NCBI GenBank assembly: GCA_965249275.1
Contig: CBDFLQ010000007.1
Location: forward strand, 256,001 to 320,000
Direction of reading: 5' to 3'
DNA from: Dehalococcoidia bacterium
Lineage (GTDB): Bacteria; Chloroflexota; Dehalococcoidia; Plut-88900
DNA length: 64,000 nucleotides
A model generated the notes under the pieces. The model was not told where the DNA came from. It ran no database searches and saw only the letters and a list, made by a program, of their open reading frames with translations. Every line of letters starts with the position of its first letter. Positions within the stretch are counted from its first letter, which is position 1. This document shows positions 37,340 through 46,866 of the stretch, one piece after another. A program made the translations under genes and the position numbers.

Positions 37340-39754
37340 ATGATTCCTGAAATCTGCTCCGGTCTCAGGGTTCTTGACCTCAGCCGCACTTGGACGGGCG
37401 CCCTCGCTACCGTGCTCCTCGCCGACGCAGGCGCCGAGGTCATCAAGATCGAGGCCCCCGGTGGCGACCCCACCTGGTCCCACTACGCCTCCCCCATGTG
37501 GCATCGAGGCAAGAAGAGCGCCTTCCTGGACCTCAAGTCCCCCGACGGACAGGACACCCTCAAACGTCTCGCCGCCAACAGTGACGTTCTCCTCCACACC
37601 CTAATGCCCGGCGCTGCCGAACGTCTCGGCGCAGACTACGAGACCCTGAGGGTAGTCAACCCGGCCCTCGTCTATTGCTCCGTCTCGGGGTTCGGCCCGC
37701 TCAAAGGCCTGGAACACGTCAAGGGATACGACGCCATTGTCGCAGCCCACACCGGCCGTTTTCATGTTTTCGACAAGCAGATAGATCGCGATGGGCCAAA
37801 GTTCGCTGCCCTGCCCGTCGCCAGTTTCGGTGCGGGTATGCTGGCCCTGCAGGGCATCTTTTCCGCCCTCCTGGTCCGGGAGCAGACGGGCCGAGGCCAG
37901 AAAGTCGAAACCAGTCTCCTCCAGTCTCTTATAGCCTACGACTGGTTATGGCTCCTCTGGCAGCTCAAGAACCGCGGAGACAACCCCACCCTCGGATGGT
38001 CTGAGACCGAGCCCACACCTCAATATTTCGTAAGCCCCACCAAGGACGGTCAGTGGCTCCAGATGGCCAACGCTATGGAGCACCTATTCTTCAACTGGAT
38101 TATTGGCATCGGCTTGGGCGATTACCTTGCCGACTCCCGCTTTTCCCACTTCCCCAACACCGAGTCCAAAGAGGCCGAAGAAGAGCTCTACCAGCGCATG
38201 TTCGCACGGATGAAGGAGCGCCCCTTAGACGATTGGACCCGCACCTTTATGACGGAGGTCGACGCCGCATCAGAGCCATTCAGGCAAACGGCCAGCGCCT
38301 TCACCCATCCCCAGGTCGTCGCCAACGCCCACACCATGACCGTTGAAACCACGGACGGTCGTCTAATCAAGCAAGCAAGCCGGATAGCCACGTTTACCGA
38401 GACCCCCGTCGGCGTCACCCGACCCGCCCCCACCCTCGGCCAGCACACCGCTGACGTAATCGCCCTCTCCCGAAACGGCAGCCGGCCTTCGGCCATCACG
38501 GGAAACGGAGCAAGCCCGAAAAAGCCCCTCGAAGGCATCACCATCGTTGACTTTGCCTCCTGGATTGCCACGCCTCTCGGCCCGTCCATCCTCGCCGACC
38601 TCGGCTTGCGTGTGATCAAAGTCGAACCTCTGGGTGGCGAGCCGTGGCGCGGCTTCGGGCTCATGGGCCTCAGGACCCACCAGAGCAAGGAGTCCGTGGC
38701 TGTCGACCTGAAGACAGACGAGGGCCGTGAGATAATCCATCGTCTTATCAAACACTCCGACGCCCTAGTCCACAACCTCAGACCCGGCGTCCCCGATCGC
38801 CTTGGCATCGACTACGCCACCCTGAGCAAAATAAACCCCGGCCTCGTCTATCTGTATGGCGCGGGCTACGGGTCAACCGGCCCCTACTCACCCCGCTCAG
38901 TCATGCACCCCATACCCGGGGCTGTGGCGGGGGGTGCCCTGTACCAGGCGGGATTCGGGACTCCGCCCCCACCCGACTCTGATCTCTCATATGAGGACAC
39001 CCGCCGCATCGCCAAAGCCCTCTCCGTCTCCAACGAAGCCAACCCCGACGTCAGTGCCTCCATGGTAGTTGCCGTCTCTCTGCTGATGGCGCTCTACGTC
39101 AAGAAAAAAACCGGAAAGGGCCAGTACGTAGAACCCACCATGGTGGGCACGGGTTTGTTCGTCAACTCAGACGACTACGTCCAGTTCCCAGGCAAGCCCT
39201 CCCGCCGCCTCCCCGACCCCGACCTCTTCGGCATTCACGCCCTCTACCGCATGTATGAATCAAATGAAGGCTGGCTCTTCCTCGCCTGCGACACTGATGA
39301 CGAATGGAAAACCTTGTGCCGCTCCCTCGCCCGAGAGGATTTGATCACTGACCCACGCTTCTCCACCCCCGACTCCCGCCTCGAAAACGATGATGCCCTC
39401 GCAGCCATCCTGGACTCGATATTCAAGACCTGGCCCGCCTCCGAGTGGCAGGAATACCTGACCCCCAAGGCCGTCGCCTGCGTGACCGTCTACCCCGAGG
39501 ACTTCAGCGACTTCGTCAACACTGACTCGCGCATGAAGGATAGCGGCCTGATGGTCGACCAGAAGCACCCGGCAATCGGAAAATACCTTCGCTACGGCCC
39601 GATGATCAACTTCTCCGAGACCACCGGCACCAACCTCGGCCCCATCACCGTCGTCGGAGAGCACACCGCCAGTGTCCTTAGCGAACTAGGCTACACCCCC
39701 GACCAGATTGAGGACTTTGCTTCCCGTAAGATAGTCGTCTGCGGAGAGACCTAG
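37340..39754 (+). CDS. Two-domain fused CaiB/BaiF CoA-transferase
   Basis: GLRVLDL..DAGAEVIKIEAP and LEGITIVDF..VIKVEP modules; NPD in second domain. Confidence 0.9.
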   Translation: MIPEICSGLRVLDLSRTWTGALATVLLADAGAEVIKIEAPGGDPTWSHYASPMWHRGKKSAFLDLKSPDGQDTLKRLAANSDVLLHTLMPGAAERLGADYETLRVVNPALVYCSVSGFGPLKGLEHVKGYDAIVAAHTGRFHVFDKQIDRDGPKFAALPVASFGAGMLALQGIFSALLVREQTGRGQKVETSLLQSLIAYDWLWLLWQLKNRGDNPTLGWSETEPTPQYFVSPTKDGQWLQMANAMEHLFFNWIIGIGLGDYLADSRFSHFPNTESKEAEEELYQRMFARMKERPLDDWTRTFMTEVDAASEPFRQTASAFTHPQVVANAHTMTVETTDGRLIKQASRIATFTETPVGVTRPAPTLGQHTADVIALSRNGSRPSAITGNGASPKKPLEGITIVDFASWIATPLGPSILADLGLRVIKVEPLGGEPWRGFGLMGLRTHQSKESVAVDLKTDEGREIIHRLIKHSDALVHNLRPGVPDRLGIDYATLSKINPGLVYLYGAGYGSTGPYSPRSVMHPIPGAVAGGALYQAGFGTPPPPDSDLSYEDTRRIAKALSVSNEANPDVSASMVVAVSLLMALYVKKKTGKGQYVEPTMVGTGLFVNSDDYVQFPGKPSRRLPDPDLFGIHALYRMYESNEGWLFLACDTDDEWKTLCRSLAREDLITDPRFSTPDSRLENDDALAAILDSIFKTWPASEWQEYLTPKAVACVTVYPEDFSDFVNTDSRMKDSGLMVDQKHPAIGKYLRYGPMINFSETTGTNLGPITVVGEHTASVLSELGYTPDQIEDFASRKIVVCGET

Positions 39755-39759
39755 GCCAC

Positions 39760-40815
39760 CTACACAAACGGCAGCACCCGCTTCGGGTTCTCCACAAAGA
39801 TCGCGTCTATTTGCTCCCTGGTCATCCCCTTGCCCCGCATAATCGGGACCACAGTTTCCAACAGGTGAGCGTATCCGTGCCCCCCGAAACTGTGCAGCCT
39901 CGTCTTCCACGCCGTGTCGTGCGCCACGACGATCTGTCCCAGGTGCCCATCCTCGATTAGACGCATGATGAAGTCGACCCTCGTGCCGTCATTCGGCATG
40001 GTGAACGACGGGGCCAGGGGATAGAAAGCCTGCTCAGCCCCGAACAGGTCGTATTCGATGTAGCAGCCCGTATCCGCCAGCTCCTTCAACGTTCCGTAGT
40101 CTGATATCGTCCGGCAGACGTGGCTCATTATCGTCCGGGACACGTCCCCTCCCGCCGCATCGATAGCCCGGACGATCTCCAGCGGCGCTGAGGGATGGCG
40201 CCCGGGGTGGATCGATAGCGGCGCCCCCGTCTTTACCTGCGCCCGAGCCCCCGCCTTCACAGACCTCCGCTCCGTCTCCGTCCACGGCCACGAACACCCC
40301 AACTCCCCGATTATCCCGGCCTTGATACCCGTGTCCCCGACTCCCTCCGTCACATCCTCCACTATCTCCTCCATCATCTGGTCCTCGTCTATCTCAGTCC
40401 ATCCCGCCGGTTGGAATGGCTCTATGTAGTACCCGGACCCCATGACAATATTCAGGCCCGTCGCCCTCGATACCCGCGCCAGTGCCAACGAGTCTCGGCC
40501 TATCCCCCGATTTGTGGCGTCCACGAGGCTCTGTCCCCCGGCCCTGTAGAACCGGCTTACCTCCTTGATCATCAATTCCTCGTCGTAAAGGCCAAGATTT
40601 TCGTAGTTACTGGCCCAGTTTCCCCTTATCCACCCAACGTCGTCGATTGTCACGGGCTTCATCGCGAGTCCCTTGCGACTCCCTTCCTGTGGCTCCAGGT
40701 ACAGGGGCTTGAAGTGGATGAATACGTGCTCGTGGGTAAGGGTTACTCCCAAGTCCTCGGGAGATATGGGCCCGAGGACCGTCTGGACCATGCCGGTTGC
40801 GTCTGAAGTTGCCAT
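39760..40815 (-). CDS. Phosphotriesterase-family (PTE/PLL) amidohydrolase
   Basis: TVLGPI..LGVTLTHEH, GIIGELG, SIHPG, MSH, AHD, ENPKR. Confidence 0.92.
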   Translation of the reverse strand: MATSDATGMVQTVLGPISPEDLGVTLTHEHVFIHFKPLYLEPQEGSRKGLAMKPVTIDDVGWIRGNWASNYENLGLYDEELMIKEVSRFYRAGGQSLVDATNRGIGRDSLALARVSRATGLNIVMGSGYYIEPFQPAGWTEIDEDQMMEEIVEDVTEGVGDTGIKAGIIGELGCSWPWTETERRSVKAGARAQVKTGAPLSIHPGRHPSAPLEIVRAIDAAGGDVSRTIMSHVCRTISDYGTLKELADTGCYIEYDLFGAEQAFYPLAPSFTMPNDGTRVDFIMRLIEDGHLGQIVVAHDTAWKTRLHSFGGHGYAHLLETVVPIMRGKGMTREQIDAIFVENPKRVLPFV

Positions 40816-40865
40816 AAGTTGTCTCCGATTCGGCTTTGTTACGAATTGGGCCGGTGGTACCCCGA

Positions 40866-40938
40866 ATCATAGGGTCGCCCAAAACGGCATGTCAACGAGT
40901 CTGGTTTCATTGACACGCCCCATTTCCTCTCCTAAGAT
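40866..40938. promoter_or_regulatory. Back-to-back divergent sigma70-type promoters
   Basis: Plus: TTGACA(40910)-17bp-TAAGAT; minus: TTGACA(40895-40890)-18bp-TATGAT. Confidence 0.6.
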
Positions 40939-40969
40939 TCCACCATTCTCTCTATGGAAGGCGAATGCT

Positions 40970-42103
40970 ATGCCAAACTTGGAAGTTCTATCCTCCGATT
41001 CTCACATAGTCGAACCCCCTGACCTCTGGATCTCGCGTATAGATCCCGCCTTCCGAGACCGCGCCCCCCACATGGTCATCGGCGATGATGGAATGGCCAA
41101 TTGGCTGGTGGAAGGCGACCAGCCCCTTGGCTCCGTTGGCGCTCCCTCCCAGGCGGGCCTCCGCTACGAAACTCCGGAGGCCATAACCTTCGAGGGTGCC
41201 CTTGATGATGTCCGGCCCGGTGCCTTCGACCCCGGCCCGCGCACAGAGGACATGCGAATCGACGGCGTAGACGGAGAGGTCATCTACCCCACCATCGGGG
41301 CCCGACTTTACACCATACTTGAACCGGACCTCCTCGCCGCCTGTTTTCGAGCCAGCAACGACTGGCTCGCCGACTTCTGTTCGGCAAACCCCGGCCTCTT
41401 CAAGGGAAATGCCCTCATATCCCTGGACGATGTCGAAGACGGTACCCGAGAGCTCGAAAGGTGCGCCAAGCTCGGATATCGCGGGGCCATGATCACCACC
41501 TACCCAGGCGATGACAAGCAGTACGAGCATCCCGACTACGAACCCTTCTGGTCCGCCGCCGAGTCCCTCGGCGTGGTACTCAGCATGCACATAGCCTCGA
41601 ACAGGCCGGGCCCCGGGCAGGTCAGCGTCTTCACCGTCAACGGCGACGAAGAAGGAGCGGCCGCCTTCAGCGTCAACCAGGACCACTGGGTCAGGAAATC
41701 CGTGGCTTCCATGATCTTTTCAGGCGTATTCGAAAGACACCCGGACCTGAACGTAGCGATCGTAGAGCACGAGCTTGCCTGGGCCCCATACTTCCTCCGG
41801 ACCATGGATTGGCTCTATTCCGAGCTAAGCCAAACGGCGCCCCATCGCTTCAAGGAGGGAGTCCTCCCCAGTGACTACTTCCGAAGCAATGTCACCATGA
41901 GCTTTCAGCAGGACGACATCGGGATTCAGCTGCGAGACCTCATCGGTGTCCAGTGCCTCACCTGGGGCTCAGACTATCCCCACGCCGAGTCCACTTGGCC
42001 CAAGTCCCGTGAGGTCCTCGCCAAAGTCCTTGCAGACGTCCCAGCCGACGAACAACGCAAGATAGTCTGCGACAACGTTGCGGGCCTCTTCGGCTTCGCC
42101 TAG
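40970..42103 (+). CDS. Amidohydrolase_2 family protein
   Basis: SSDSHIVEPPDLW, GVFERHP, WGSDYPHAESTWP; paralog of 36188-37321. Confidence 0.9.
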   Translation: MPNLEVLSSDSHIVEPPDLWISRIDPAFRDRAPHMVIGDDGMANWLVEGDQPLGSVGAPSQAGLRYETPEAITFEGALDDVRPGAFDPGPRTEDMRIDGVDGEVIYPTIGARLYTILEPDLLAACFRASNDWLADFCSANPGLFKGNALISLDDVEDGTRELERCAKLGYRGAMITTYPGDDKQYEHPDYEPFWSAAESLGVVLSMHIASNRPGPGQVSVFTVNGDEEGAAAFSVNQDHWVRKSVASMIFSGVFERHPDLNVAIVEHELAWAPYFLRTMDWLYSELSQTAPHRFKEGVLPSDYFRSNVTMSFQQDDIGIQLRDLIGVQCLTWGSDYPHAESTWPKSREVLAKVLADVPADEQRKIVCDNVAGLFGFA

Positions 42104-42825
42104 GCCCCTATCGGTCTGCCCATCAGTATCGACCTGGGCACATCCGCCGCCATCGCCCGCGCCCTTTGCAACCCCACAATCTTCCCCGCTTCCACCACTG
42201 CTTGCGCCATCACCGGGGCCCGGGGCCCGGTCGGCCTGTGACAATCGGTGCTGACTACGTGAACCCAGCCCTTCCTCAGTAGAATCTCCGCCGTGTCCCG
42301 CGCCTTCGATCCAAACCTCCCCAATATGCACGTCGAAGTCACCTGCCCGAGCATCCCCCTCCCCACCAGGTCCCCCATTATCGATGTGTCTCTCATGATG
42401 TCCGCCTGCCGTTCAGGGTGAGCAATCAGGGGCGTCAGTCCTTGCTCCTGAAGACGAGTCAGCACATCATCGGTGTAGTCGGGAAGGGAGTCGAAAGGAA
42501 GCTCAACCAGGATGTAAGGGCCCCCGCTGATCGGGAATCCCGCACCGTTCGCGACGAGTTCAGGAAGGTCCGGCGTCAGGTGGTTCTCCATCCCGACATA
42601 TATCTTTATGTCGAGCGTTTCTTCCTGCGACAGCCGGTTCAGCGTCCCGACGTACTCGGACACCAGGCCTAGAACCCCGGCCTCACGCACGTCCTTGCCG
42701 TGCGGAGTTGCCGCCATCCCTTTAATCCCGTCCCCCGACGCAGCCCTCAGCATCTTCATCGACTCTTCAATGGTCTTTGCACCATCGTCGAGGCCCGGCA
42801 GGATGTGGCTATGAAGGTCGAACAA
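42100..42825 (-). CDS. PHP-family metallophosphatase (CpsB/CapC/YwqE-like)
   Basis: DLHSHILPGLDDGA, ATPH, LVELP, AHPER, STDCH. Confidence 0.9.
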   Translation of the reverse strand: MFDLHSHILPGLDDGAKTIEESMKMLRAASGDGIKGMAATPHGKDVREAGVLGLVSEYVGTLNRLSQEETLDIKIYVGMENHLTPDLPELVANGAGFPISGGPYILVELPFDSLPDYTDDVLTRLQEQGLTPLIAHPERQADIMRDTSIMGDLVGRGMLGQVTSTCILGRFGSKARDTAEILLRKGWVHVVSTDCHRPTGPRAPVMAQAVVEAGKIVGLQRARAMAADVPRSILMGRPIGA

Positions 42826-42833
42826 CCGGCGCC

Positions 42834-43535
42834 CTACCCCCGAAGGTTCATCACCTTGAACGCCTCGGCGTACGGAATGCCCTTGTCCCTGCCCAGGTTC
42901 TCTGCGTGATTCCGCAAGCTGTCAGCCACATTCCAGTCTTCCGTATCGGCCACCTGGCTCTTGTGGCACTTCAGGGCCGCAATCTTCAGGTCGATAGTCT
43001 CGGAGATGTCGAAGTGGGTGTCGGGGTCTTCGCTTCCCCAGAACAATATGTGCTTCACCTTATGGGGTTCCAGCCCCTCGGCGGCGTGTTCGGGGAAGTG
43101 GAGCCTGTCCCGGGCGTATGGAAAAGATGCGTCCAGGGTTACCTGTCCCGCCATGCGATGGTCCCGGTGCAGATAGAAGCTCCGGCGGAGGGGATAGGTC
43201 GTGAATACCGCATCTGGCTTGTGAATCCGAAGGTTCCTGACCAGCTTGCCGCGGAATTCCGTTGTATCTTCCAGGCCACCGTCCGGGTAATCGAGGAAAA
43301 CCACTTCACTCAGCCCCAGCACCCGACCGGCCTCCAGCTGCTCCTCCCGCCTGATCGCCGCGAGTTTCTCGGCAGTCATTTCAGGGTCGTCGGTCCCTTT
43401 GTCCCCGTTGGTGGCTACTACCAGGACGGCCTTGGCCCCTTCTTTGATCCACTTGGCTACTATGCCCGCACACCCGAACTCGAAATCGTCTGGGTGGGGC
43501 GTCACTACAAGGACTGAACTGGGGGTGGGAATCAT
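42834..43535 (-). CDS. PIG-L family deacetylase (MshB/BshB-like)
   Basis: PHPDD, TNGDKG, RREEQ, HRDH, ALKCHKSQ. Confidence 0.9.
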   Translation of the reverse strand: MIPTPSSVLVVTPHPDDFEFGCAGIVAKWIKEGAKAVLVVATNGDKGTDDPEMTAEKLAAIRREEQLEAGRVLGLSEVVFLDYPDGGLEDTTEFRGKLVRNLRIHKPDAVFTTYPLRRSFYLHRDHRMAGQVTLDASFPYARDRLHFPEHAAEGLEPHKVKHILFWGSEDPDTHFDISETIDLKIAALKCHKSQVADTEDWNVADSLRNHAENLGRDKGIPYAEAFKVMNLRG

Positions 43536-43713
43536 CAGATGCGTTGCTCCTGGAGTAAGTTATTAACCCGACCCCAATAACCGGGGTCGGCAAGCTACTT
43601 TCCTACACTCGAGACACCTCTGTCAATCCCGACAATGTCCCTCCCCCTTGCCCCACACCCCTCCAATCTGTAATCTGAGCACATAAGAGTCCCACCCCCA
43701 GGAGGCCGATACC

Positions 43714-44619
43714 ATAATTACCGTAAAAAGCTACCAGAATTCAGACCTAGACCGGCTCTGGGCCCTCACCAACTCCATCCACGGCGACAAAGGCTGGTGG
43801 GCCGCCCGATCCCCGGCCAACATGTCCGTGTGGCTGGGACAGCCCACCATCGACCCCGAGCGGGACGTCTTCCTCGCCTTGGACGGCGACCAACCCATCG
43901 CCTATCTAATAGCCAATATGGAGCCTCCCCTCAAGCGCGTAGTCCTCGAAGGCGCCGTCCACCCCGACCACCTTCACCGTGGAGCTGGCACCCGACTCGT
44001 CCAAGCCTCGGTTGACAGGGCGTCAGGCCTCGGCTACGAGATAGTCCAGATGGCTTTCCCCTTCGGCGCACTCAACACCCGCAGGCTCGCCAAGGGTTGC
44101 GGCTTTCGCTTCATCCGTAAGTTCTGGGAGATGAAGCTCGACGACCCCTCCACCGTCCCCGACCCCGGCCTGTCATCAGAATTCCAGCTCCGCCCCTTCA
44201 GAGACGGCGACGAAGACCGGCTCCGCTTTATCCAGAACCTGTCTTTTGCAAAGCACTGGGGCTACAGCCCCAATAGACTCGAAGACGTCCACTACAAGGT
44301 CCGCATGGGCCTCTTCAGCTTCGACGACATCCTCCTGGTCCTGGACAGCGACACACCCGTCGGATTCAACTGGACTCGGCTAGAGCGCGGAGATAAAAGC
44401 ACCCAAGGCTGGATCGGGATGATGGGCGCCCACCCCGAATACCGAGGCAAGGGCCTGGGCACGTCCATAATGAGGGCCGGCGTTCAATATCTGAGAGAAT
44501 CAGGCGCATCCCGCATCGACCTCACTGTCGACAGCCAGAACCCGAGCGCCCACAGGATATATCAAGCCGGGGGGTTCAGAAGACAGGCCGTGACGGTTTG
44601 GTACGAACGGGCCTTGTAA
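43714..44619 (+). CDS. Tandem-GNAT acetyltransferase, mycothiol synthase MshD-like; probable ATA/ATT start
   Basis: Two GNAT domains (VHPDHLHRGAG; GFNWT..GAHPEYRGKGLG..LTVDSQN..Y...GF); frame open from ATA 43714 behind AGGAGG; first ATG at 43822. Confidence 0.8.
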   Translation: MITVKSYQNSDLDRLWALTNSIHGDKGWWAARSPANMSVWLGQPTIDPERDVFLALDGDQPIAYLIANMEPPLKRVVLEGAVHPDHLHRGAGTRLVQASVDRASGLGYEIVQMAFPFGALNTRRLAKGCGFRFIRKFWEMKLDDPSTVPDPGLSSEFQLRPFRDGDEDRLRFIQNLSFAKHWGYSPNRLEDVHYKVRMGLFSFDDILLVLDSDTPVGFNWTRLERGDKSTQGWIGMMGAHPEYRGKGLGTSIMRAGVQYLRESGASRIDLTVDSQNPSAHRIYQAGGFRRQAVTVWYERAL

Positions 44620-44625
44620 ACGGTC

Positions 44626-45849
44626 TTAGTTAACCGCCCGGTACACCGATTCGTACAGACCCGCTACTCGACCGGCCACCGTAGGCCAGTCCAGCGCAGC
44701 CACCGACTCCCGCGCCTGCGACGCCAACAGTCCACGCAGCCGCACGTCATTTAGCAGCAGGCTGATCTTCTCGGCCAAAGCCTCGGGGTTCCGGTCCCGG
44801 ATCAGGCTGCCGTTCAGCCCGTCCTTCACAGTCTCAGGCAACCCCCCGACCGCCGTGGCTACCACGGGAGTGCCGCAGGCCATCGCCTCCGCCGCTACCA
44901 GCCCGAAGCTTTCGTAGAAAGAGGGGACCACACAGAGATCGGCCGCGTTGTAGTAGTGGACCAGCCGTTTGTGGGGTACCGTCCCTTCGAATGAAACCAG
45001 GTGATCTATCCCCAGTTCCCCTGCCAGCCGACGCACCTTCGTAACCTCTTCATCCCCCGTCACGTCCCCGCCCACGATCAACACCTTCACTTCCTCATCT
45101 AGCCCCAGCCTAGCCACCGATTCCAGCAAGAGCTCAGGCCCCTTGAGTGGCTGGACTCGGCCCACGTAGAGTAGGACATTCTCGTCGCCAAGCCCAAGTT
45201 CCCGTCGCGCTTCATCTTTGGGCATCGGCTTGAAGACATCCATGTCAACGCCGCAGGGGATGACCTGAATCCGGTCTCCCGGCGCCTCGTAGAAGTCGAT
45301 CATGTTGCCCCGCTCGTGTTCGCTCACGGCGACAATTCGGTCCGCCCGATGCAGAGTGTCCCTCTCCGACCGGATCCGCACTATGCTCTCGTTCTCCTCG
45401 GGCCGGGCGCGTATCTTCGCCTCTCCCAACGTGTGGAAGCTGGCGACGTGGGGAAGCCTTACGTGTTGATTAAGCCTCGACACCACCTCCCCCGACAACC
45501 AGTAGTGGCTGTGATACAGATCGTAGGCCAGCCCGCGCTCCCTTTGGAAGCTGATCATGTTTTCCACGAATTCCGGGAGTAGGGAATAGATGCCCTCTTT
45601 GGATTCGTACCAGGGCCCCGCCTTGATATGTATCACCCGAGATCCGGGCCCCAGGTCGACTATCTCGGGATCGTTCGGGTCGTGGAAGCGGGTGAAAACG
45701 TCGGCGCTGATCCCCAGGCTGCCCAGTTCCTTGGCCAGTTGAAGCAGATATACATTCATGCCCCCGGTGTCTTTCTCACCCAAACGAGCGAGGGGGCAAC
45801 CGTGGACGCTGACTAGCGCTATCCGCAAATTATCCTTGGACATGGACAC
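44626..45849 (-). CDS. mshA: GT4 glycosyltransferase, MshA-like
   Basis: SVHGCPLARLGEKDTGGMNVY, HSHYWLSG, FHTL, VGRVQPLKG, PSFYESFGLVAAEAMACGTP. Confidence 0.8.
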   Translation of the reverse strand: MSMSKDNLRIALVSVHGCPLARLGEKDTGGMNVYLLQLAKELGSLGISADVFTRFHDPNDPEIVDLGPGSRVIHIKAGPWYESKEGIYSLLPEFVENMISFQRERGLAYDLYHSHYWLSGEVVSRLNQHVRLPHVASFHTLGEAKIRARPEENESIVRIRSERDTLHRADRIVAVSEHERGNMIDFYEAPGDRIQVIPCGVDMDVFKPMPKDEARRELGLGDENVLLYVGRVQPLKGPELLLESVARLGLDEEVKVLIVGGDVTGDEEVTKVRRLAGELGIDHLVSFEGTVPHKRLVHYYNAADLCVVPSFYESFGLVAAEAMACGTPVVATAVGGLPETVKDGLNGSLIRDRNPEALAEKISLLLNDVRLRGLLASQARESVAALDWPTVAGRVAGLYESVYRAVN

Positions 45850-45885
45850 AGTGAACTGGTGTGTGTGCGCACTGAAAAGGACGCC

Positions 45886-46866
45886 CTAGCGGTTGGCCGA
45901 TATGGTGTAAACAACTTCGTCGACGGCCCCTAGGTGATATTTGTACGGCTCGGCGCCCCTCAGGAAATTGAATTCCGTTTTGCCATTCTCAATGGCTTGC
46001 TTAAGGCACAATGCCTTTAGTAGCAGCCCGACGCTAAGGTGTGAATACTCCGTATCGTACCCGCTGTTATAGAGGAAATATCGGTTGTCGTAGTCGAAGC
46101 AGATGGTCGAAGAAACCCGCTTGCCGTCCACTTCCAGAAAGCTGAGCCGCACGGCCCCGATCTTCGCAAGCCCCGAAAGTGTGTTCCTGAAGAACCCTCT
46201 CATCTTCGGGGTCATGAACGCCGCTTTGTCGACTCGGCTGCCCTCCAGCAACCCTAGAAACTCCTCCAAATCTTTGGGAAATCCGTCACATTGGGCAGCG
46301 ACATGATATCTCACGTCTCCAGCACTGTAAAGGCGGCGCAGCTTCCTGCGAAGCTCGTGGCGGTCTTTCTTGCTCAGCCCAGCTAGGTACTCGTCCCAGC
46401 TTCCCGGCAGCTTGACGGTCGGGCACACTTCCTCTGGCCGGATTGTCACCCCGACCCCACACTCCCGAAGGGAGTCCACGAGACTCGTCATGGTCGGAGA
46501 CTGACCATGGACCCCGTTCAGCGCCAATTCCTTCCACTCCATCCCAAGCACGTGCTCCGTGATCGCAGCATAAACCTCCTCCTCACGACCCTCCGCCACC
46601 ACGAAGTCCATGTAGTCGCAAACGTTGGCGCTGCCGATAAACGAAAGCTCGTTTGCTGCCCTCTTCAAGGGAAGCACTCCAACCAGTTCGTCACCATCCA
46701 TGCAGGCGTAAAGAAGCAATTCGTGGCCGTCAGCAAGAGAGTCCCACCACAGCTTATACCATTGGGGACTCAGGAAGATGTTGTTCTCCCCCGCCCTACC
46801 CAACAGCCCTTCCCATCGCGGCTCAAGCCCCGAGAAGGTCTCCCGCACCATTTGCAGACCCGTCAT
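45886..46866 (-). CDS. GNAT-superfamily acyltransferase of CelD/BcsL (FemAB-like) type
   Basis: IFLSPQW, CDYMDF, LPGSWDEYLAGLSKKDRHELRRK, YNSGYD, FNFLRGAEPYK. Confidence 0.85.
   Translation of the reverse strand: MTGLQMVRETFSGLEPRWEGLLGRAGENNIFLSPQWYKLWWDSLADGHELLLYACMDGDELVGVLPLKRAANELSFIGSANVCDYMDFVVAEGREEEVYAAITEHVLGMEWKELALNGVHGQSPTMTSLVDSLRECGVGVTIRPEEVCPTVKLPGSWDEYLAGLSKKDRHELRRKLRRLYSAGDVRYHVAAQCDGFPKDLEEFLGLLEGSRVDKAAFMTPKMRGFFRNTLSGLAKIGAVRLSFLEVDGKRVSSTICFDYDNRYFLYNSGYDTEYSHLSVGLLLKALCLKQAIENGKTEFNFLRGAEPYKYHLGAVDEVVYTISANR

Noticed and set aside
42100-42825. Capsule biosynthesis locus implied by the CpsB-like phosphatase
   Set aside because: No BY-kinase, Wzz, flippase or polymerase genes nearby.
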